Shown here: positions 20,700-29,932 of the stretch, one piece after another
How the letters are laid out: each line of letters begins with the position of its first letter
Position numbering within the stretch: the first letter of the stretch is position 1
Assembly: GCA_963843505.1 (NCBI GenBank)
Contig: CAWJKR010000013.1
Span: forward strand, 146,350-210,349
DNA length: 64,000 bases
Reading direction: 5' to 3'
From: Candidatus Aminicenantes bacterium
Lineage (GTDB): Bacteria; Acidobacteriota; Aminicenantia; Aminicenantales; Saccharicenantaceae
The notes under the pieces: model-generated
Database searches by the model: none
What the model was told of the DNA's origin: nothing
The model's input: the letters and a program-made list of their open reading frames with translations, nothing else
Made by a program: the position numbers and the translations under genes

Positions 20700-22220
20700 T
20701 GAGCGAGAAGAAGCTGAAAACGGGCTTGAGCCCCCTGAACAGAACGGCGATCAAAGCCACGATAGAAAACCGGGTAGACGATCGACGTGAGGCCGATGCG
20801 GACCCACGTCGCCCCTTCCGCGTTGGACGACCGCCACCGGCATCACCCGCGTGAACAGCAGCCAAAAGAGAAGGCCCGAAACGAGGGCGGCCGTCCAGTA
20901 CTTCCAGAGGATCCCCACATAGAACGAGGCTTTGATCCCGGCCGGCTTCCCGGCATACCACAAGGCGGGGATGAGCAGGATGTAGAACATGACCGAATAG
21001 GCGATCGCGACGCCGACGGGGCCGAACAGCAGGCCCAGAGAATAGAAAAGGACGGATGAGCCGAGCATGACGAAGCCCCATTTCAACAGCCGGTCCACGC
21101 GCCCGAGCGAGATGTGGAGCCAAACGTTCGTGTTGTAGATGACAAAGGCGCCGATGCCCGGGCCGAGGGCCGCGAAGACGGTGCCGGCGATGCTCCACCG
21201 GTCGCCGAGGAGAAGGGTGATCAGGTCTTTTCCCAAGAGCGTGAACAGGACGCTGCCCGGGAAGCCGACGAAGGCCAGGACCGAGAGCGCCTTGGAAAAG
21301 TAGCTGCGGTATCTCGGGGGGTCGTCGGCCAGCCGGCTCAACGTCGCGATCCCCACTCTCGTCAAGGCGATCGTCAGCTGGCTGGGCAGCACCGAGGACA
21401 GCTGAAACGCCCGGTCATAATGGCCGAGCGGAGCTTTGCCGAAAGCCTTGCCGACGAGGATCTTGTCGAGGTTGTTCCTCACGTAGGTCAAGAGGAAGCT
21501 GCCGTAGGTCCTGTAGCCGAAGGTCAGGATCGGGCGGATCGACGTCCCTCTGGCGGGGATGCCCGGTTTCCAGCGGCAGAGCAGCCAGGCCAGAACCGTC
21601 ATCGCCAGCGGCAAGGAGACATTCCGCATGACCAGAGACCAGAGGCCGAAGCCCCTGAGGGCCATGACGATCCCGAGCCCCGTGCTGACGAGCGCGGCCA
21701 GGACTTGGATGATCGCCGCCAGCTTGAATTCCATATTCCGGTTCAGAAGGGCCAGGTGGCAGGTCCCCAAGCCGCTGAAGATGATCGACAGGGCCATGCC
21801 CATGGCGATGCTCTTCAGCTGCGCTTCCCCGAAGAACCACGCGATCGCCGGGGAGAGCGCGATGAAAAGGACGGTCAGCCCTACCATGATCAGGACATTG
21901 ACCCAGAAGAGCTTTTTCATCTGGTCGCTGGTCAGGCCTTCCCGTTGCATGACCGCTTCCGTGAATCCGTTGATCCCGAAATTCTGGACGAGAAGGCTGA
22001 ACGTGGCGACCATCGAGACGAGGCCGAAGTCCTCCGGGCTCAGGATCCGAGCCAGAACGATCGTCCCCACGGTCTGGATCCCGAAGTTGGCGGTCTGGGC
22101 GAAGACGGTGAATCCGGCCCCCACGAGGGCCCTCTTCTTGAGCCCTTCCCGGAGATGTTCCGTTCCGAGCATATCCCTGGGCCTCGGTTCGTTTGGGTCG
22201 CGCTTTTCTGTGCCGGGCAA
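20677..22220 (-). CDS. Wzx-like polysaccharide flippase (MOP/PST family), one C-terminal frameshift
   Basis: ORF 20751..22220 has about 12-14 TM helices (FTVFAQTANFGIQTVGTIVLARILSPEDFGLVSMV...). The last helix and the end (IVALIAVLFRGLKPVFSFFSLIKEMVSR*) are in frame 20677..21198. Confidence 0.8.
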
Positions 22221-22288
22221 GTCCCTGGTTCCTTAAACTTTCATCAGACAATACCATATTCCCCTCGTTCGTCGCCACCCGGCCGCCA

Positions 22289-22317
22289 TTGAAATGGCGT
22301 CCGGGAAATAATAGAAT
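22289..22317 (+). promoter_or_regulatory. Candidate promoter giving a leaderless or near-leaderless transcript of the DltX-like ORF
   Basis: TTGAAA (22289-22294), 17-nt spacer, TAGAAT (22312-22317). The ATG at 22326 is only 8 nt after the -10, and no Shine-Dalgarno sequence is present. Confidence 0.4.
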
Positions 22318-22325
22318 AGACCGGA

Positions 22326-22475
22326 ATGTTCAAGAGAATCCGGGCTTGGGCGATCTTCCACCGCAAGACGATCATCCTGACTTTCGAGATATTCTGGGTC
22401 CTGGTCTTCCTGCTCGACCGCGTGACCAGCGGCAGATCCGTCGGCATCCCCCAATTCATCTATGTGAATTTCTGA
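22326..22475 (+). CDS. DltX-like micro-protein (49 aa, single TM, C-terminal FIY motif)
   Basis: My translation (below the track's size cut-off): MFKRIRAWAIFHRKTIILTFEIFWVLVFLLDRVTSGRSVGIPQFIYVNF*. Basic N-terminus, one hydrophobic helix, tail ending FIYVNF. The stop lies 6 nt before the SGNH gene start. Confidence 0.65.
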   Translation: MFKRIRAWAIFHRKTIILTFEIFWVLVFLLDRVTSGRSVGIPQFIYVNF

Positions 22476-22481
22476 TCTGGA

Positions 22482-23543
22482 ATGATGAAGAAGAAGGCCG
22501 TCGTCGTTCTCCTGACGGTCCTGGTGTGCTTGATCATGCTCGAGCTGGGGCTCAGGGCCATCGGGCGGGCGCCGACGAACATGGCCGACGGGATCGCGGA
22601 CCAGTACGGCGATTCGTTCAGGCTCAAGAAGAACGTCACCAAGGTCATGAAATTTCCCGCGTTCTCTTACACCGTGCACACCGACGAGTTCGGCTTCCGC
22701 GCCAAGGCCGTTGGACCCAGGGACCTCCAGGATCGGCGATTCTGCGTGTTCCTGGGCGCCTCGGACGTTTTCGGGAACGGCGTCGATTACGAGGATTCGT
22801 TCGTCGGCGTTTTCGCCGACGAGGCCTCCCGGCGCGGGCTGGACGTTTTGAATCTCGCCGTAGGGGGGCATTATTTCCTTGATCAAGAGTCCCTGCTCAA
22901 GGAGTTCATGGGGCGCACCGGCCTGAGGCCGGCGACGATCTTCCAGTGCGTCAACGCCCTGCATATCCCCAAGTTCGACCGCCGGAATCGGAACATCATC
23001 GTCAAGAGCGGGTACGTCATCGATAAGGCCGGCTGGCGGATCGCCTACTTGAGGCTCATGGCCGGGAACATCTCCTCGGCCTTTTGCTTTTTCCGCGACG
23101 GGATCCGGAGGATCCAGGAGAGGTACCTGAATTACGAAGTCACCGAGAAATCCCCCGAGTTCCTGCAGATCTATGCCAAAAGCAACGACATCAGGAAGCC
23201 GGAGCGGATCCGCGCGTTCTACGAGTACCTCGAGGGCTTTGAGTCCTTCTGCCGGGAGAACGCCATCGACCTCGTCTACGTCTACATGCCCCTGTCCGAC
23301 GCCTTCAAGCTGCCGGAGATGGTCAAGCAACTGGGGCTGGACCCGGACGGCTACGATGCCTCATTCTATGAGGATCTCATCCGGTCCCATTGTGAGAAGA
23401 ACGGCATCCGGCTGATCGAACCAGGGACCGCCCTCAAGCCCTATTTCGACCAGGGGAAGGGCCTGCGGTTCAAGCTGGACCCCCATTTCAACGCCTTCGC
23501 CAACAAGGTCATCGGGGACTATCTCGTCGAACAGGTCTTCTAG
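22482..23543 (+). CDS. Membrane-anchored SGNH-type acyltransferase/esterase (DltD/AlgX-like)
   Basis: Intact 353-aa ORF. N-terminal anchor MMKKKAVVVLLTVLVCLIMLELGL, serine block FCVFLGASDVFGNG, C-terminal Asp/His block FKLDPHFNAFAN. Confidence 0.65.
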   Translation: MMKKKAVVVLLTVLVCLIMLELGLRAIGRAPTNMADGIADQYGDSFRLKKNVTKVMKFPAFSYTVHTDEFGFRAKAVGPRDLQDRRFCVFLGASDVFGNGVDYEDSFVGVFADEASRRGLDVLNLAVGGHYFLDQESLLKEFMGRTGLRPATIFQCVNALHIPKFDRRNRNIIVKSGYVIDKAGWRIAYLRLMAGNISSAFCFFRDGIRRIQERYLNYEVTEKSPEFLQIYAKSNDIRKPERIRAFYEYLEGFESFCRENAIDLVYVYMPLSDAFKLPEMVKQLGLDPDGYDASFYEDLIRSHCEKNGIRLIEPGTALKPYFDQGKGLRFKLDPHFNAFANKVIGDYLVEQVF

Positions 23544-24484
23544 GCCGGATCGCGCGGGGAGGGGGCGGCGGTCCCCTCATAGGGCCTCTCTTTGGCCGGC
23601 ATGATCCCGAAGTGCGCCAGGACCTTGGAAAGGTGGTCGCATTCCTTGACCAGGTATTTCATGAAAACGTGTTGCCCCATCAGGAGCGTGAACGGAAGGG
23701 CCAACGCATAGAGCGGGATCGCGACGCACGAACGGAGCGTGGTCATGCTCAGGAAGCGGCTCTGCCGGCCTTCGACCATTCCCCGGGTGAGGGCCCTCTT
23801 CAGATAGTAGGATCTCCGGCGGCGTTCGGGCGGGACCGTCTCGAAGACCACGGCCTCCTCGCACCAGATGAAGGTCTTGCCTTTCCCCAGCATGCGCTTG
23901 AAGAAGACCGCGTCCCCTCCGCCGGTCTTTCCGAACTTCGGATCGAACCGATCGGCCTCGTCGGCGAAGACGCTCTTCAAGAGAAGGGCATTTCCCGTCC
24001 GCGTTTCGCGATAGCTCTTGATGACATAGCCGGTGGGAAACCCGCCCCTCTCCAGGAGCCGGCTCTTGATCAGCCACGCCGGGGTGAGAGGGTCGTACCG
24101 GGGCTTGACAGGGCCCAGGACCCCGTCCGACCGGGACGCCCGAAGCGCGCGGTGATGCTGGAAAAGCCAATCGTCCTCGGGGAGCTCATCGTCGTCGATG
24201 AAGGCGATCAGGTCCCCCCGGGCGTTCTCGATCGATCGGTTCCTCGCCAGCGAGATGTTGCGTTCCGGCTCGACTTGATAGGAGACCGGCAGGCGCGCCT
24301 CGTCGTGAGAGGACTGGGCCGCGCCCCTTCCGGACTCCTGGGCATCGTTGTCGACGACGACGGCCGAGAACGTGAACAGGCCCTCCGTTCTCTGCCCCTT
24401 CAGCCTGTCCAGAAGCTCGCGCAGGAGCTCCGGCCGCTTATAGGTGCATATGCAGACGCTGATATGGTCCATGCCGTCGAACAT
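23540..24484 (-). CDS. Family-2 glycosyltransferase
   Basis: Intact 314-aa ORF. ISVCICTYKRPELLRELLDRL...VVVDNDAQESG...LIAFIDDDELPEDDWL (DxD). Confidence 0.85.
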   Translation of the reverse strand: MFDGMDHISVCICTYKRPELLRELLDRLKGQRTEGLFTFSAVVVDNDAQESGRGAAQSSHDEARLPVSYQVEPERNISLARNRSIENARGDLIAFIDDDELPEDDWLFQHHRALRASRSDGVLGPVKPRYDPLTPAWLIKSRLLERGGFPTGYVIKSYRETRTGNALLLKSVFADEADRFDPKFGKTGGGDAVFFKRMLGKGKTFIWCEEAVVFETVPPERRRRSYYLKRALTRGMVEGRQSRFLSMTTLRSCVAIPLYALALPFTLLMGQHVFMKYLVKECDHLSKVLAHFGIMPAKERPYEGTAAPSPRDPA

Positions 24485-24671
24485 CGCCTCTCGCTTCGGC
24501 CGGAGATCGGGGCCGCGTTTTTTTCACCCCATGGTATATATCCGGCGGATCCGGAAAGTCAAGGAACCGGGAGCGCCGCGGACGGAAAGGCGGCGGGCCA
24601 TGGCGGACCGCCTCGATCGCCTTGACAGGCGGGAGAACGGTATAGTAATTAGGAAAGCCGAGGGACCATCG

Positions 24672-25301
24672 ATGACGAACTGGAAGAGGCTGCGCGCGAT
24701 AAAGCGATTCGTCTGGCAGGACAACGCGGCCCTCTGGTATGAGAAGGACCTCCTCGGGGGGACCGCGGCGCCGGACATGACATTGCCGGTGCGCCTCGAT
24801 ATCCATGATACCGAAGGCACCCTGAGCTGGCTGAGGTCCTTTCGGGAATCCTGGATGTACGACCCGAAGGAGATCGATGTCGGGCTGAGAGAGGGGCACT
24901 ATTTCGCCAACGCCAAACTCGAAGGACGGATCATCGGGTACACGAAGATCGGCCTCGGGAGCGTCTATCTCTACGACTTCGGGACCTGCCTGGTCCTTCC
25001 CGGCCAGGTCTCCTTCCTCTATCATGTCTATGTCGACAAGGAGTTCAGGAAGAACAACATCGCGCAGAACCTCATCATCGCGGTCATCTCCGACCTCGTC
25101 CCGCGGGGGTACCGGAAGATGGCCTGCCATATCGCCGCGTGGAACAAGCCTTCGATCCGTCTTTTCGAGGGCCTGGGATTCCGGTGCATCGCTGACGTCC
25201 GGTTCCACGGGCTTTTCCATCTGCTGAAGATATGGACCTACCGGACATCCGGGGCGAGCCGGCGGAAGATCTCACTGCGCTTGCCGAACATCCTGTGCTA
25301 G
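24672..25301 (+). CDS. GNAT-family acetyltransferase
   Basis: Taken from the internal ATG of ORF 24444..25301. GYTKIGLGSVYLYDFG...LYHVYVDKEFRKNNIAQNLIIAVISDLVPRGYRKMACHIAAWNKPSIRLFEGLGFR. The start is uncertain (24600 or 24672). Confidence 0.6.
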   Translation: MTNWKRLRAIKRFVWQDNAALWYEKDLLGGTAAPDMTLPVRLDIHDTEGTLSWLRSFRESWMYDPKEIDVGLREGHYFANAKLEGRIIGYTKIGLGSVYLYDFGTCLVLPGQVSFLYHVYVDKEFRKNNIAQNLIIAVISDLVPRGYRKMACHIAAWNKPSIRLFEGLGFRCIADVRFHGLFHLLKIWTYRTSGASRRKISLRLPNILC

Positions 25302-25370
25302 CCGCCCCCGCGCCCATGCCGGGCCGGCGTCGTTTCGCCCGCGGGAAGCGAAGCTCCAAAAGGAGAGTCC

Positions 25371-26480
25371 ATGCACCGCCGTTATGACGGCCTGATCGCG
25401 GACATCAACGAGGCCTCCGAGGCCGAATGGGCCGAAGCCTTGACCTCCTTCGCCGACGCGAGCATCTATCAGTGTTGGCCCTACGGAAGCGTCAAATGGG
25501 GCGCTGGCCATAACGAACATGTCGTCTTGAAGAAGGACGGGACCGTCCTGTCCCTGGCCCAGGTGGCGATCGTCAAGCCCCCCATCCCGGGAGTGGGGAT
25601 GGCCTACGTGACGTGGGGGCCGCTCTGGAAGAGGAGAGGCCTCCCTCCCGACGAAGCCCCCTTCCGGTCGATGTTGGAGGTCCTGAAGGACGAATACGCC
25701 CATCGCCGCAAGCTCCTGCTCAGGATCAAGCCCTACGGCTTCGAAGAGACCGACGGGGCGATGAGGTCCGTCCTGGAACAGGCGGGCTTCCTCCCCACCC
25801 GAGGGGTCCAGAAAGCGAAGAAAAGGACCATTCTGGTCGACCTGGGCCCCTCGCCCGATGAGATGAGGAGAAGGCTGTCCAAGAAATGGAGGAACAGCCT
25901 GACCAACAGCGAGAAGGAGGGCCTCACGGTCAAGGAAGGATTCTCGGGGCAGCCGCTGGGCGCCATCCAACCGATGTATCATGCCCTCATGAAGAAGAAG
26001 AACTTCTCCGGATGGGACCTGGATGAGCTGGCTCGGATCCAGGATCTGCTCGAAGGCCGCCAGAAGATGCGGATCAGCACCTGCGAAGAGGAAGGCCGGA
26101 CCATCGCGGCTTCCGTCTGCTCCGCGCTCGGAGATACGGCGGTCGGCCTCATCGGGATGACCAGCGACGAGGGCCGGAAGAGAAGGGCCTACTATCTTCT
26201 CCAGTGGGACGAGATCCTCTGGGCCAGGAAGATCGGCGCCGCGACCTACGATCTCAACGGGATCAATCCCGAGACGAATCCGACGGTCTATCACTTCAAG
26301 TCCGGCCTCAACGGCGACGAGGTCACGCTCCTGAGCGTCTATGATTATTGCCGGAGCCGGTGCCTTTCCTTCCTCATCGATCGGGCCGAACGCCTCGTCG
26401 ATTTGAAACTGGCCAAGGTGTTCCTGCGGCTGGCCAAGGGCCCCTTCCGACGGCCGCCGGGACGCTCCGCGGACCTTTAG
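25371..26480 (+). CDS. FemAB-family-like protein (aminoacyl-transferase fold, EPS-locus type)
   Basis: Intact 369-aa ORF with RBS AAAGGAG. IYQCWPYGSVKW...RRLSKKWRNSLTNSEKEGLTV...YYLLQWDEILWARKIGAATYDLNGINP...VYHFKSGLNG. Family assigned by pattern only. Confidence 0.55.
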   Translation: MHRRYDGLIADINEASEAEWAEALTSFADASIYQCWPYGSVKWGAGHNEHVVLKKDGTVLSLAQVAIVKPPIPGVGMAYVTWGPLWKRRGLPPDEAPFRSMLEVLKDEYAHRRKLLLRIKPYGFEETDGAMRSVLEQAGFLPTRGVQKAKKRTILVDLGPSPDEMRRRLSKKWRNSLTNSEKEGLTVKEGFSGQPLGAIQPMYHALMKKKNFSGWDLDELARIQDLLEGRQKMRISTCEEEGRTIAASVCSALGDTAVGLIGMTSDEGRKRRAYYLLQWDEILWARKIGAATYDLNGINPETNPTVYHFKSGLNGDEVTLLSVYDYCRSRCLSFLIDRAERLVDLKLAKVFLRLAKGPFRRPPGRSADL

Positions 26481-26548
26481 GGCTCCGCGCGGCCGGCCCG
26501 CATCGTCCATCCGGACGTCGCCGGACTCCCCGGACGCCGGAAGCCGGA

Positions 26549-27820
26549 TCATAAGCCCGCCAGGACGGCCACGGCCAGGATCCGGAGCTTTTCGATATCG
26601 AGGACGAACAGGGACAGGCCGATGGCGAAGAAGTTGAACGTCGCGACCGTCCCCAAGACCGTGCTGAGCTTGGATCGGAAATATTTCTGGAGGAACGGCG
26701 AGCGCGCCTTTCTCTTTTCACGCTGGTAGATGGTCAGGACGGCGATGCCGATCCCGTGGTAGGCCCCCCAGAGGACGAAATGCGGCGCCTCGCCATGCCA
26801 CATGCCGCAGACGACGAAGGTGATGATCATGCCGAGGTTGGAGAGAAAGACGGGGTGACGCCGGAAGAAGTCGAGGCCCCTGAACTTGCGGACGATCGGC
26901 CAGTAAATGTAGTCGACGAGCCAGCTCGTGAGCGACATGTGCCAGTTGGCCCATAGCTCCCGGATGTTCCGTTTGAGGAAAGGGTTGTTGAAATTCTCCG
27001 GAAGCTCGACGCCGATCAGCCGGGCACAGCCCAGGGCCAGGTCCGTGTACCCGGCGAAGTCGAAATAGAAATAGAGGGCATAGGCGTAGAGGCCGGCCAC
27101 GGCTCCGAGGGGCCCCATCCCGGATAGACGGTCGGGCTCGGAGGACAGGATATGGGGGTAGAGGATCTGGGCCATGACGAACTTCTTGAACAGCCCGTGC
27201 ACGATCCGCTCGAGACCCGCCCGCAGATCGGGGGCGAGCCGGGACACGGTCGGGGAACAGACCTGGGAAGCGAAGGGATTGTACCGGTTGATGGGGCCGC
27301 TGATGAAGCCGGGAAAGAAGATGATGTAGTCGATGTAGACCAGGAGATCGAGGTTCTCGATCTTCTTCCGATAAGACTCGACGAGGAAATGGATCATCCG
27401 GAAGGAAAAATAGGAGACGCCGATCAGCCGGATCATGTCGGCCGGAGCGGATCCTCCCGGCCTCGCGGCGGGAAGGAAAAGCCCTTGGATCGGACCGTAT
27501 TTGAAGAAGGCCAGGAAAGCCAGGACGGAAGCGATGCCCAGGCCGGCCTCGAGCTTCCGGCCCGCGTCCCCCCGACTGGCGTCCCCCTTCAGGCGGGATC
27601 CCAAGGCGAAGGTAATCAAGGAGAGACCGAGGACCAGGCCCATCGAGGCGAGGCCGAACCCGGGAAGGGCCAGCAAGCATCAGGATCGAGGTCAGACCCA
27701 GGAAGAGCCGTTTCCCAAGGGCCGACCGGCCGAAGATCCGGGCGCCGAGGGCGACAAGGACAGCGGAGACCCAAAAGGGCGCGCTGTAATAGAAATTGAA
27801 GTTCCAGCTGAAAGGGCTCA
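26549..27820 (-). CDS. MBOAT-family membrane O-acyltransferase (DltB/AlgI-like), one N-terminal frameshift
   Basis: ORF 26549..27676 contains GVSYFSFRMIHFLVESYR, FFPGFISGPINRY, YFDFAGYTDLALGCARLIG, ENFNNPFLKRNIRELWANWHMSLTSWL and the conserved-His block VCGMWHGEAPHFVLWGAYHG. The N-terminus MSPFSWNFNFYYSAPFWVSAVLVALG is in another frame, with ATG at 27820. Confidence 0.85.
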
Positions 27821-27841
27821 TCGGGTATATCGGGCCGGGCG

Positions 27842-27871
27842 CATTATATCGGCGCATCTCGCGGCAAGTCA
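27842..27871 (-). promoter_or_regulatory. Near-consensus sigma70 promoter for the MBOAT gene
   Basis: Read on the minus strand: TTGACT (27871-27866), 18-nt spacer, TATAAT (27847-27842), then 21 nt to the ATG. Confidence 0.5.
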
Positions 27872-27898
27872 ACTCGGGATGTGATACGAAGGGGAATC

Positions 27899-27908
27899 CT
27901 GCTATAAT
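27899..27908 (+). promoter_or_regulatory. Extended -10 element (TGcTATAAT) for the beta-helix gene; near-leaderless
   Basis: TGCTATAAT at 27899-27908, with the ATG at 27918 only 9 nt downstream. No good -35 was seen. Confidence 0.35.
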
Positions 27909-27917
27909 CCGGGACGG

Positions 27918-29771
27918 ATGAACAGCGCGGCCCGACGGGGACGGCCAGGCGTGGGCGGCTCTTCCTTCTTGGCGGGAGGATCCATCGTTCTCTTTGGCTT
28001 GTTCGCCCTGCTGGCGGAGTGCGGCCGGGCGCTCCGGCCGGAACATCCGGCGGCAACGCGCAGTTTCCGGCAGCCGCGCGTCAGCTCAGGACGCCGTCGG
28101 CCCGGCCGAGATGGGGTCGACAGCGTCCGGCACTGCGGACAGGCTGTATGACTGGACCTCCGCCGGCGTCCCCGGGGGGATCCCTGACAGGTCGACCATC
28201 TCCAGAACCCTGACGCCGTCCAATACCCTGGATGAGATCAACGCCGCCATCGCGGCCTGCCCGCCGGGCCAGGTCGTCTGCCTTTCGGCGGGCGTGTACG
28301 ATGTCGGGCCGATCACGTTCGGGGTCAAGTCCGGAGTGACGCTGCGCGGCGCGGGCGCCGGCCAGACCGTGATCAACACGACGGCCGTCGCCGCCATCGT
28401 GAATTCCCACGACGCCTACGCGGAGGCCAGCGGGATCGCGCTGGCGCCCGGCGGCGGACACATCAAGGGATCGACGCGTATCACGCTGGCGACCCCGCCC
28501 TCCGCCACCTTCGTTGCCGGGAACATCATCGCCATAACCCAAGAGGCGGACCCGGATACGTTCGCTCCGGGCTGCGGGACCTATTATCGGACCGGGCTGT
28601 CGTCGTCGGTGTATCATCTCGATCCGACGAGGGTTTTCCGGCACCTGGCGAGGATCACCGGCGTGGCCGGCAACGTCATCACGCTGGCGACCCCTCTGCC
28701 GCTGGACTTCTCCGACGTCCTCAAGCCCAAGGCGTACGCCAAAGGGCGGGACGGCGACGCAATCCCTGTGCGGCGTGGAGAACCTGACGATCGACGGGAA
28801 CGGCTCCGCCGACTGCGCCGTGCTGTTCTATTCCGCGGACAGGTGCTGGCTGAAGGACGTCGAGATCAAAGAACTTCATCGGAAGCCTGGGACAGGTCCG
28901 GTGGGAGATGTCCGTCCAATGCGAAGTCAGGCGGTGCTTCATCCACGACGCGGCGGGTTATCCCGGGCAGTCCGACGGCTACGGGATCATGCTCAACTAC
29001 GGGGCCAGCAATTGCCTGCTGGTCGACAATATCGCGGACAGGACCGCGAGCTTCGTGATCGCCAACGGGGCGTCTTCTTGCGCCGTGGTCTACAACTATG
29101 TCCACGACACGTGCCGGGCTCGGAGGTATTCCCGGGGCATTACGGTCAACCACGGCCCCCACGCCCTGATGCTCCTGATCGAGGGCAACGTCCTGCCCAC
29201 CGTCGTCAACGACGGCTACCACGGCAGCGCGTCTCACGTCGTCGTGTTCAGGAACAGCATCAACGGGCTCAATTCGACCGAGCCCATCCAAAGGAAGCTC
29301 CTCAATCTGTGCCGCGGGAGCTATTATCATTCCATCGTCGGGAACGTCCTGGGCGACCCTTCGTGGCGCCCGGACTATTGCGACCAGCCGTATCCGACAT
29401 CGCGCGTCGGCGCGGTCTATGCCCTGGGGTGGCCGAGCGCGGACTCGGTCGGGCTCGCGGATTTCGCGGACGTCCCTTGGACGGATTGGACGCAATCGAC
29501 GAGCGCTCCGGACGCCGAGGTCGCCCGGACCTTGCTTCGGCACGGCAACTACGACCACTATCATAAGGCCGTTGCCTGGGGCAGCAGCACGGCCTCGCGG
29601 ACGATCCCGGCGAGCCTCATCTACGCCGCGAAGCCTGATTTCTTCGGCCCTCTCCAGTGGCCTCCGATCGGCCCGGATGTCGGCGGTCTGGTCACCAGCA
29701 TCCCCGCCAAGGCCAGATGGGACGCCTATCGGCGCTCCGGCCGGCTCGACGCTGTCTTCAAGGCCCGCTGA
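27918..29771 (+). CDS. Secreted right-handed beta-helix protein (pectate-lyase-3-like; candidate EPS glycanase, lyase or epimerase), frameshifted
   Basis: Signal-like N-terminus MNSAARRGRPGVGGSSFLAGGSIVLFGLFALLA, then ORFs 27994..29058, 28775.. and 28908..29771. It is alignable by eye to the C-terminal 550 aa of 29933..34123: LYDWTSAGVPGGIPDRSTISRTL..INAAIAACPPGQVV.LSAGVY, RRCFIHDAAGYPGQSDGYG, NHGPH, DGYHGSASH, LLRHGNYDHYHKA, FFGPLQWPPIGPDVGGLVTSIPAKARW. Confidence 0.7.
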
Positions 29772-29882
29772 GCCGGTCCTATCTATCTGAGAGAACACGC
29801 GACTAGCCATTTCCTTGGGCAAATACTCTACGTTATCCCCTTTTGGGGTGATTCGACCCCTTTCCCGCCCCGCCATACTGGC

Positions 29883-29909
29883 CTCGACCCGGCGACCGAA
29901 CGGGTCGAG
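29883..29909 (+). promoter_or_regulatory. 9-bp GC-rich hairpin in the leader of the PKD/beta-helix gene
   Basis: CTCGACCCG (29883-29891) pairs with CGGGTCGAG (29901-29909) around a 9-nt loop. RBS AGGAGG follows at 29919-29924 and the ATG at 29933. No U tract. Role unknown. Confidence 0.3.
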
Positions 29910-29932
29910 ACATCACCCAGGAGGCGAGAGAC

